A stretch of DNA of 64,000 nucleotides from assembly GCA_053919585.1 (NCBI GenBank), contig CM132802.1, one strand, 5' to 3'. The position numbers and the translations under genes were made by a program. Positions 54,101 through 64,000 of this stretch are shown here, piece by piece. Source of the DNA: Euprymna scolopes (Eukaryota). The notes below the pieces were generated by a model. The model was not told where the DNA came from. It did no database searches and saw only the letters and a list, made by a program, of their open reading frames with translations. The first letter of the stretch is position 1, and the number at the start of each line of letters is the position of its first letter.

Positions 54101-55600
54101 TGAAAGTTAAAAATTTGATAAAGTTCATTAGCAACCTACAGTTGAAAGTTAAAAATTTGATTAAGTTCATTAGCAACCTACAGTTGAAAGTTAAAAATTT
54201 GATTAAGTTCATCAGCAACCTACAGTTGAAAGTTAAAAATTTGATTAAGTTCATTAGCAACCTACAGTTGAAAGTTAAAAATTTTATTAAGTTCATCAGC
54301 AACCTACAGTTGAAAGTTAAAAATTTGATTAAGTTCATCAGCAACCTACATTTGAAAGTTAAAAATTTGATTAAGTTCATTAACAACCTACAGTTGAAAG
54401 TTAAAAATTTGATTAAGTTCATTAGCAACCTACAGTTGAAAGTTAAAAATTTTATTAAGTTCATCAGCAACCCACAGTTGAAAGTTCAAAATTTGATTAA
54501 GTTCATTAACAACCTACAGTTGAAAGTTAAAAATTTGATTAAGTTCATTAACAACTTACAGTTGAAAGTTAAAAATTTGATTAAGTTCATTAGCAACCTA
54601 CAGTTGAAAGTTAAAAATTTTATTAAGTTCATCAGCAACCCACAGTTGAAAGTTCAAAATTTGATTAAGTTCATTAACAACCTACAGTTGAAAGTTAAAA
54701 ATTTGATTAAGTTCATTAACAACCTACAGTTGAAAGTTAAAAATTTGATTAAGTTCATTAGCAACCTACAGTTGAAAGTTAAAAATTTTATTAAGTTCAT
54801 CAGCAACCCACAGTTGAAAGTTAAAAATTTGATTAAGTTCATTAACAACCTACAGTTGAAAGTTAAAAATTTGATTAAGTTCATTAACAACCTACAGTTG
54901 AAAGTTAAAAATTTGATTAAGTTCATCAGCAACCTACAGTTGAAAGTTAAAAATTTTATTAAGTTCATCAGCAACCCACAGTTGAAAGTTCAAAATTTGA
55001 TTAAGTTCATCAGCAACCTACATTTGAAAGTTAAAAATTTGATTAAGTTCATTAGCAACCTACAGTTGAAAGTTAAAAATTTGATTAGTTCATTAGCAAC
55101 CTACAGTTGAAAGTTAAAAATTTGATTAAGTTCATTAGCAACCTACAGTTGAAAGTTAAAAATTTGATTAAGTTCATCAGCAACCTACAGTTGAAAGTTA
55201 AAAATTTGATTAAGTTCATTAGCAACCTACAGTTGAAAGTTAAAAATTTGATTAAGTTCATCAGCAACCTACAGTTGAAAGTTAAAAATTTGATTAAGTT
55301 CATTAGCAACCTACAGTTGAAAGTTAAAAATTTGATTAAGTTCATCAGCAACCTACAGTTGAAAGTTAAAAATTTGATTAAGTTCATTAGCAACCTACAG
55401 TTGAAAGTTAAAAATTTTATTAAGTTCATCAGCAACCTACAGTTGAAAGTTAAAAATTTGATTAAGTTCATCAGCAACCTACAGTTGAAAGTTAAAAATT
55501 TGATTAAGTTCATCAGCAACCTACAGTTGAAAGTTAAAAATTTGATTAAGTTCATTAGCAACCTACAGTTGAAAGTTAAAAATTTGATTAGTTCATTAGC
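33151..55600. repeat. Satellite domain D: about 9-10 kb duplicated superunit alternating deletion-rich blocks with cccacag/gttcaaaa-rich blocks
   Basis: Paired ORFs are 36229/46002, 42025/52174, 42611/52760 and 42820/52969; the last three pairs are offset by 10149. A private gtttaaaatttta variant occurs at about 41822 and 51971. Internal periods are 754, 586, 1256 and 1260 bp. Confidence 0.85.
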
Positions 55601-58600
55601 AACCTACAGTTGAAAGTTAAAAATTTGATTAAGTTCATTAGCAACCTACAGTTGAAAGTTAAAAATTTGATTAAGTTCATCAGCAACCTACAGTTGAAAG
55701 TTAAAAATTTGATTAAGTTCATTAGCTACCTACAGTTGAAAGTTAAAAATTTGATTAAGTTAATCAGCAACCTACAGTTTAAAGTTAAAAATTTGATTAA
55801 GTTCATTAGCAACCTACAGTTGAAAGTTAAAAATTTGATTAAGTTCATCAGCAACCTACAGTTGAAAGTTAAAAATTTGATTAAGTTCATTAACAACCTA
55901 CAGTTGAAAGTTAAAAATTTGATAAAGTTCATTAGCAACCTACAGTTGAAAGTTAAAAATTTGATTAAGTTCATCAGCAACCTACAGTTGAAAGTTAAAA
56001 ATTTGATTAAGTTCATCAGCAACCTACAGTTGAAAGTTAAAAATTTGATTAAGTTCATCAGCAACCTACAGTTGAAAGTTAAAAATTTGATTAAGTTCAT
56101 TAGCAACCTACAGTTGAAAGTTAAAAATTTGATTAAGTTCATCAGCAACCTACAGTTGAAAGTTAAAAATTTGATTAAGTTCATCAGCAACCTACAGTTG
56201 AAAGTTAAAAATTTGATTAGTTCAGTAGCAACCTACAGTTGAAAGTTAAAAATTTGATTAAGTTCATCAGCAACCTACAGTTGAAAGTTAAAAATTTGAT
56301 TAAGTTCATTAGCAACCTACAGTTGAAAGTTAAAAATTTGATTAAGTTCATCAGCAACCTACAGTTGAAAGTTAAAAATTTGATTAAGTTCATCAGCAAC
56401 CTACAGTTGAAAGTTAAAAATGTGATTAAGTTCATTAGCAACCTACAGTTGAAAGTTAAAAATTTGATTAAGTTCATCAGCAACCTACAGTTGAAAGTTA
56501 AAAATTTGATTAAGTTCATTAGCAACCTACAGTTGAAAGTTAAAAAATTGATTAAGTTCATCAGCAACCTACAGTTGAAAGTTAAAAATTTGATTAAGTT
56601 CATTAGCAACCTACAGTTGAAAGTTAAAAATTTGATTAAGTTCATCAGCAACCTACAGTTGAAAGTTAAAAATTTGATTAAGTTCATCAGCAACCTACAG
56701 TTGAAAGTTAAAAATTTGATTAAGTTCATCAGCAACCTACAGTTGAAAGTTAAAAATTTGATTAAGTTCATTAGCAACCTACAGTTGAAAGTTAAAAATT
56801 TGATTAAGTTCATCAGCAACCTACAGTTGAAAGTTAAAAATTTGATTAAGTTCATCAGCAACCTACAGTTGAAAGTTAAAAATTTGATTAAGTTCATCAG
56901 CAACCTACAGTTGAAAGTTAAAAATTTGATTAAGTTCATCAGCAACCTACAGTTGAAAGTTAAAAATTTGATTAAGTTCATTAACAACCTACAGTTGAAA
57001 GTTAAAAATTTGATTAGTTCCTTAGCAACCTACAGTTGAAAGTTAAAAATTTGATTAAGTTCATCAGCAACCTACAGTTGAAAGTTAAAAATTTGATTAA
57101 GTTCATTAGCAACCTACAGTTGAAAGTTAAAAATTTGATTAAGTTCATCAGTAACCTACAGTTGAAAGTTAAAAATTTGATTAAGTTCATTAGCAACCTA
57201 CAGTTGAAATTAACAATTTGATTAAGTTCATTAGCAACCTACAGTTGAAAGTTAAAAATTTGATTTAGTTCATTAACAACCTACAGTTGAAAGTTAAAAA
57301 TTTGATTAAGTTCATTAACAACCTACAGTTGAAAGTTAAAAATTTGATTAGTTCATTAGCAACCTACAGTTGAAAGTTAAAAATTTGATTAAGTTCATCA
57401 GCAACCTACAGTTGAAAGTTAAAAATTTGATTAAGTTCATTAACAACCTACAGTTGAAAGTTAAAAATTTGATTAAGTTAATCAGCAACCTACAGTTGAA
57501 AGTAAAAATTTGATTTAGTTCATCAGCAACCTACAGTTGAAAGTTAAAAATTTGATTAAGTTTATTAGCAACCTACAGTTGAAAGTTAAAAATTTGATTA
57601 AGTTCATTAACAACCTACAGTTGAGAGTTAAAAATTTGATTAAGTTCATTAGCAACCCACAGTTGAAAGTTAAAAATTTGATTAAGTTCATTAGCAACCT
57701 ACAGTTGAAAGTTAAAAATTTGATTAAGTTCATCAGCAACCTACAGTTTAAAGTTAAAAATTTGATTAAGTTCATTAACAACCTACAGTTGAAAGTTAAA
57801 AATTTGATAAAGTTCATTAGCAACCTACAGTTGAAAGTTAAAAATTTGATTAAGTTCATTAACAACCTACAGTTGAAAGTTAAAAATTTGATTAAGTTCA
57901 TTAGCAACCTACAGTTGAAAGTTAAAAATTTGATTAAGTTCATCAGCAACCTACAGTTGAAAGTTAAAAATTTGATTAAGTTCATCAGCAACCTACAGTT
58001 GAAAGTTAAAAATTTGATTAAGTTCATTAGCAACCTACAGTTTAAAGTTAAAAATTTGATTAAGTTCATTAGCAACCTACAGTTGAAAGTTAAAAATTTG
58101 ATTAAGTTCATTAGCAACCTACAGTTGAAAGTTACAAATTTGATTAAGTTCATTAACAACCTACAGTTGACAGTTAAAAATTTGATTAAGTTCATTAGCA
58201 ACCTACAGTTGAAAGTTAAAAATTTGATTAAGTTCATTAGCAACCTCAAGTTGAAAGTTAAAAATTTGATTAAGTTCATCAGCAACCTACAGTTGAAAGT
58301 TAAAAATTTGATTAAGTTCATCAGCAACCTACAGTTGAAAGTTAAAAATTTGATTAAGTTCATTAACAACCTACAGTTGAAAGTTAAAAATTTGATTAAG
58401 TTCATTAGCAACCTACAGTTGAAAGTTAAAAATTTGATTAAGTTCATTAGCAACCTACAGTTGAAAGTTAAAAATTTGATTAAGTTCATTAACAACCTAC
58501 AGTTGAAAGTTAAAAATTTGATTAAGTTCATTAGCAACCTACAGTTGAAAGTTAAAAATTTGATTAAGTTCATCAGCAACCTACAGTTGAAAGTTAAAAA

Positions 58601-61600
58601 TTTGATTAAGTTCATCAGCAACCTACAGTTGAAAGTTAAAAATTTGATTAAGTTCATCAGCAACCTACAGTTGAAAGTTAAAAATTTGATTAAGTTCATC
58701 AGCAACCTACAGTTGAAAGTTAAAAATTTGATTAAGTTCATTAACAACCTACAGTTGAAAGTTAAAAATTTGATTAGTTCCTTAGCAACCTACAGTTGAA
58801 AGTTAAAAATTTGATTAAGTTCATCAGCAACCTACAGTTGAAAGTTAAAAATTTGATTAAGTTCATTAGCAACCTACAGTTGAAAGTTAAAAATTTGATT
58901 AAGTTTATCAGTAACCTACAGTTGAAAGTTAAAAATTTGATTAAGTTCATTAGCAACCTACAGTTGAAATTAACAATTTGATTAAGTTCATTAGCAACCT
59001 ACAGTTGAAAGTTAAAAATTTGATTTAGTTCATTAACAACCTACAGTTGAAAGTTAAAAATTTGATTAAGTTCATTAACAACCTACAGTTGAAAGTTAAA
59101 AATTTGATTAGTTCATTAGCAACCTACAGTTGAAAGTTAAAAATTTGATTAAGTTCATCAGCAACCTACAGTTGAAAGTTAAAAATTTGATTAAGTTCAT
59201 TAACAACCTACAGTTGAAAGTTAAAAATTTGATTAAGTTAATCAGCAACCTACAGTTGAAAGTAAAAATTTGATTTAGTTCATCAGCAACCTACAGTTGA
59301 AAGTTAAAAATTTGATTAAGTTCATTAACAACCTACAGTTGAAAGTTAAAAATTTGATTAAGTTTATTAGCAACCTACAGTTGAAAGTTAAAAATTTGAT
59401 TAAGTTCATTAACAACCTACAGTTGAGAGTTAAAAATTTGATTAAGTTCATTAGCAACCCACAGTTGAAAGTTAAAAATTTGATTAAGTTCATTAGCAAC
59501 CTACAGTTGAAAGTTAAAAATTTGATTAAGTTCATCAGCAACCTACAGTTTAAAGTTAAAAATTTGATTAAGTTCATTAACAACCTACAGTTGAAAGTTA
59601 AAAATTTGATAAAGTTCATTAGCAACCTACAGTTGAAAGTTAAAAATTTGATTAAGTTCATTAACAACCTACAGTTGAAAGTTAAAAATTTGATTAAGTT
59701 CATTAGCAACCTACAGTTGAAAGTTAAAAATTTGATTAAGTTCATCAGCAACCTACAGTTGAAAGTTAAAAATTTGATTAAGTTCATTAGCAACCTACAG
59801 TTGAAAGTTAAAAATTTGATTAAGTTCATCAGCAACCTACAGTTGAAAGTTAAAAATTTGATTAAGTTCATCAGCAACCTACAGTTGAAAGTTAAAAATT
59901 TGATTAGTTCAGTAGCAACCTACAGTTGAAAGTTAAAAATTTGATTAAGTTCATCAGCAACCTACAGTTGAAAGTTAAAAATTTGATTAAGTTCATTAGC
60001 AACCTACAGTTGAAAGTTAAAAATTTGATTAAGTTCATCAGCAACCTACAGTTGAAAGTTAAAAATTTGATTAAGTTCATCAGCAACCTACAGTTGAAAG
60101 TTAAAAATGTGATTAAGTTCATTAGCAACCTACAGTTGAAAGTTAAAAATTTGATTAAGTTCATCAGCAACCTACAGTTGAAAGTTAAAAATTTGATTAA
60201 GTTCATTAGCAACCTACAGTTGAAAGTTAAAAATTTGATTAAGTTCATCAGCAACCTACAGTTGAAAGTTAAAAATTTGATTAAGTTCATTAGCAACCTA
60301 CAGTTGAAAGTTAAAAATTTGATTAAGTTCATCAGCAACCTACAGTTGAAAGTTAAAAATTTGATTAAGTTCATCAGCAACCTACAGTTGAAAGTTAAAA
60401 ATTTGATTAAGTTCATCAGCAACCTACAGTTGAAAGTTAAAAATTTGATTAAGTTCATTAGCAACCTACAGTTGAAAGTTAAAAATTTGATTAAGTTCAT
60501 CAGCAACCTACAGTTGAAAGTTAAAAATTTGATTAAGTTCATCAGCAACCTACAGTTGAAAGTTAAAAATTTGATTAAGTTCATCAGCAACCTACAGTTG
60601 AAAGTTAAAAATTTGATTAAGTTCATCAGCAACCTACAGTTGAAAGTTAAAAATTTGATTAAGTTCATTAACAACCTACAGTTGAAAGTTAAAAATTTGA
60701 TTAGTTCCTTAGCAACCTACAGTTGAAAGTTAAAAATTTGATTAAGTTCATCAGCAACCTACAGTTGAAAGTTAAAAATTTGATTAAGTTCATTAGCAAC
60801 CTACAGTTGAAAGTTAAAAATTTGATTAAGTTCATCAGTAACCTACAGTTGAAAGTTAAAAATTTGATTAAGTTCATTAGCAACCTACAGTTGAAATTAA
60901 CAATTTGATTAAGTTCATTAGCAACCTACAGTTGAAAGTTAAAAATTTGATTTAGTTCATTAACAACCTACAGTTGAAAGTTAAAAATTTGATTAAGTTC
61001 ATTAACAACCTACAGTTGAAAGTTAAAAATTTGATTAGTTCATTAGCAACCTACAGTTGAAAGTTAAAAATTTGATTAAGTTCATCAGCAACCTACAGTT
61101 GAAAGTTAAAAATTTGATTAAGTTCATTAACAACCTACAGTTGAAAGTTAAAAATTTGATTAAGTTAATCAGCAACCTACAGTTGAAAGTAAAAATTTGA
61201 TTTAGTTCATCAGCAACCTACAGTTGAAAGTTAAAAATTTGATTAAGTTTATTAGCAACCTACAGTTGAAAGTTAAAAATTTGATTAAGTTCATTAACAA
61301 CCTACATTTGAGAGTTAAAAATTTGATTAAGTTCATTAGCAACCCACAGTTGAAAGTTAAAAATTTGATTAAGTTCATTAGCAACCTACAGTTGAAAGTT
61401 AAAAATTTGATTAAGTTCATCAGCAACCTACAGTTTAAAGTTAAAAATTTGATTAAGTTCATTAACAACCTACAGTTGAAAGTTAAAAATTTGATAAAGT
61501 TCATTAGCAACCTACAGTTGAAAGTTAAAAATTTGATTAAGTTCATTAACAACCTACAGTTGAAAGTTAAAAATTTGATTAAGTTCATTAGCAACCTACA

Positions 61601-64000
61601 GTTGAAAGTTAAAAATTTGATTAAGTTCATCAGCAACCTACAGTTGAAAGTTAAAAATTTGATTAAGTTCATCAGCAACCTACAGTTGAAAGTTAAAAAT
61701 TTGATTAAGTTCATTAGCAACCTACAGTTTAAAGTTAAAAATTTGATTAAGTTCATTAGCAACCTACAGTTGAAAGTTAAAAATTTGATTAAGTTCATTA
61801 GCAACCTACAGTTGAAAGTTACAAATTTGATTAAGTTCATTAACAACCTACAGTTGACAGTTAAAAATTTGATTAAGTTCATTAGCAACCTACAGTTGAA
61901 AGTTAAAAATTTGATTAAGTTCATTAGCAACCTCAAGTTGAAAGTTAAAAATTTGATTAAGTTCATCAGCAACCTACAGTTGAAAGTTAAAAATTTGATT
62001 AAGTTCATCAGCAACCTACAGTTGAAAGTTAAAAATTTGATTAAGTTCATTAACAACCTACAGTTGAAAGTTAAAAATTTGATTAAGTTCATTAGCAACC
62101 TACAGTTGAAAGTTAAAAATTTGATTAAGTTCATTAGCAACCTACAGTTGAAAGTTAAAAATTTGATTAAGTTCATTAACAACCTACAGTTGAAAGTTAA
62201 AAATTTGATTAAGTTCATTAGCAACCTACAGTTGAAAGTTAAAAATTTGATTAAGTTCATCAGCAACCTACAGTTGAAAGTTAAAAATTTGATTAAGTTC
62301 ATCAGCAACCTACAGTTGAAAGTTAAAAATTTGATTAAGTTCATCAGCAACCTACAGTTGAAAGTTAAAAATTTGATTAAGTTCATCAGCAACCTACAGT
62401 TGAAAGTTAAAAATTTGATTAAGTTCATTAACAACCTACAGTTGAAAGTTAAAAATTTGATTAGTTCCTTAGCAACCTACAGTTGAAAGTTAAAAATTTG
62501 ATTAAGTTCATCAGCAACCTACAGTTGAAAGTTAAAAATTTGATTAAGTTCATTAGCAACCTACAGTTGAAAGTTAAAAATTTGATTAAGTTCATCAGTA
62601 ACCTACAGTTGAAAGTTAAAAATTTGATTAAGTTCATTAGCAACCTACAGTTGAAATTAACAATTTGATTAAGTTCATTAGCAACCTACAGTTGAAAGTT
62701 AAAAATTTGATTTAGTTCATTAACAACCTACAGTTGAAAGTTAAAAATTTGATTAAGTTCATTAACAACCTACAGTTGAAAGTTAAAAATTTGATTAGTT
62801 CATTAGCAACCTACAGTTGAAAGTTAAAAATTTGATTAAGTTCATCAGCAACCTACAGTTGAAAGTTAAAAATTTGATTAAGTTCATTAACAACCTACAG
62901 TTGAAAGTTAAAAATTTGATTAAGTTAATCAGCAACCTACAGTTGAAAGTAAAAATTTGATTTAGTTCATCAGCAACCTACAGTTGAAAGTTAAAAATTT
63001 GATTAAGTTCATTAACAACCTACAGTTGAAAGTTAAAAATTTGATTAAGTTTATTAGCAACCTACAGTTGAAAGTTAAAAATTTGATTAAGTTCATTAAC
63101 AACCTACAGTTGAGAGTTAAAAATTTGATTAAGTTCATTAGCAACCCACAGTTGAAAGTTAAAAATTTGATTAAGTTCATTAGCAACCTACAGTTGAAAG
63201 TTAAAAATTTGATTAAGTTCATCAGCAACCTACAGTTTAAAGTTAAAAATTTGATTAAGTTCATTAACAACCTACAGTTGAAAGTTAAAAATTTGATAAA
63301 GTTCATTAGCAACCTACAGTTGAAAGTTAAAAATTTGATTAAGTTCATTAACAACCTACAGTTGAAAGTTAAAAATTTGATTAAGTTCATTAGCAACCTA
63401 CAGTTGAAAGTTAAAAATTTGATTAAGTTCATCAGCAACCTACAGTTGAAAGTTAAAAATTTGATTAAGTTCATTAGCAACCTACAGTTGAAAGTTAAAA
63501 ATTTGATTAAGTTCATCAGCAACCTACAGTTGAAAGTTAAAAATTTGATTAAGTTCATCAGCAACCTACAGTTGAAAGTTAAAAATTTGATTAGTTCAGT
63601 AGCAACCTACAGTTGAAAGTTAAAAATTTGATTAAGTTCATCAGCAACCTACAGTTGAAAGTTAAAAATTTGATTAAGTTCATTAGCAACCTACAGTTGA
63701 AAGTTAAAAATTTGATTAAGTTCATCAGCAACCTACAGTTGAAAGTTAAAAATTTGATTAAGTTCATCAGCAACCTACAGTTGAAAGTTAAAAATGTGAT
63801 TAAGTTCATTAGCAACCTACAGTTGAAAGTTAAAAATTTGATTAAGTTCATCAGCAACCTACAGTTGAAAGTTAAAAATTTGATTAAGTTCATTAGCAAC
63901 CTACAGTTGAAAGTTAAAAATTTGATTAAGTTCATCAGCAACCTACAGTTGAAAGTTAAAAATTTGATTAAGTTCATTAGCAACCTACAGTTGAAAGTTA
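55601..64000. repeat. Satellite domain E: 3687-bp (88-monomer) HOR, at least 2.1 copies in the window
   Basis: The marker gattagttcagtagc lies at 56215, 59902 and 63589. ORF pairs 56239/59926, 57036/60723, 57537/61224, 58796/62483 and 59297/62984 are all offset by exactly 3687 (88x42-9), and nine 1-bp deletions were counted per unit. Confidence 0.92.

Larger units (their letters stand above)
1..64000. repeat. 42-bp tandem satellite DNA array (about 1,520-1,530 head-to-tail monomers, single orientation); it extends past both window edges
   Basis: Every line of the window matches GTTGAAAGTTAAAAATTTGATTAAGTTCATYARCAACCTACA, usually with only a few differences per monomer. The ORF track shows an exact 14-aa periodicity on both strands (LKVKNLIKFISNLQ and LLMNLIKFLTFNCR). 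The copy number is estimated as 64000/42. Confidence 0.99.

Noticed and set aside
1-64000. All ORFs in the supplied track (up to 3171 aa) as protein-coding genes
   Set aside because: They are translations of the 42-bp repeat. They have no unique N- or C-terminal sequence, the plus-strand starts are only in-repeat TTG codons, they overlap fully on both strands, and their ends are set by 1-bp indels that are themselves copied in HORs. DNA identity at silent sites is as high as at other sites.
1-64000. CRISPR array (GTTGAAAG/ATTTGAAAG resembles the 3' end of some CRISPR repeats)
   Set aside because: There are no unique spacers: the entire 42 bp is repeated. No leader sequence or cas genes are present.
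1-64000. Telomerase-type telomeric repeat, or a rolling-circle/sequencing concatemer artefact
   Set aside because: The unit is not a short G-rich repeat. Heritable variants arranged in hierarchical HORs indicate evolution by duplication in a genome rather than templated synthesis or random read error, although local assembly errors remain possible.
1-64000. Embedded transposon, inversion or unique island
   Set aside because: None was seen on reading through the window. The ORF track shows the same repeat peptide on the same strand throughout, and the gaps between ORFs contain repeat monomers with closely spaced indels or stops.

Overview
The whole 64-kb window is one uninterrupted, head-to-tail tandem satellite array of a 42-bp AT-rich monomer. 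The consensus is GTTGAAAGTTAAAAATTTGATTAAGTTCAT(C/T)A(G/A)CAACCTACA, about 26-29% GC, with roughly 1,520-1,530 copies. I saw no unique sequence, inversion, transposon insertion, RNA gene, CRISPR spacer or credible protein-coding gene. The long ORFs (up to 3,171 aa, on both strands) arise because the monomer length is a multiple of 3 and one frame per strand has no stop codon. The real information is in the ordering of monomer variants. The array splits into five variant-defined domains: A 1-7.6 kb, B 7.6-26.3 kb, C 26.3-33.2 kb, D 33.2-55.6 kb and E 55.6-64 kb. These contain nested higher-order repeats (HORs) with periods of 9, 13, 14, 18, 27, 28, 30, 34, 37, 88, about 164 and about 230-240 monomers. 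The outer domains share rare variants in the same order and spacing. The almost indel-free central block B+C looks like a younger expansion that split an older layer. This layered architecture is typical of eukaryotic centromeric or pericentromeric satellites, but that function and the organism are inferences only. I found no evidence of a new protein-based system.
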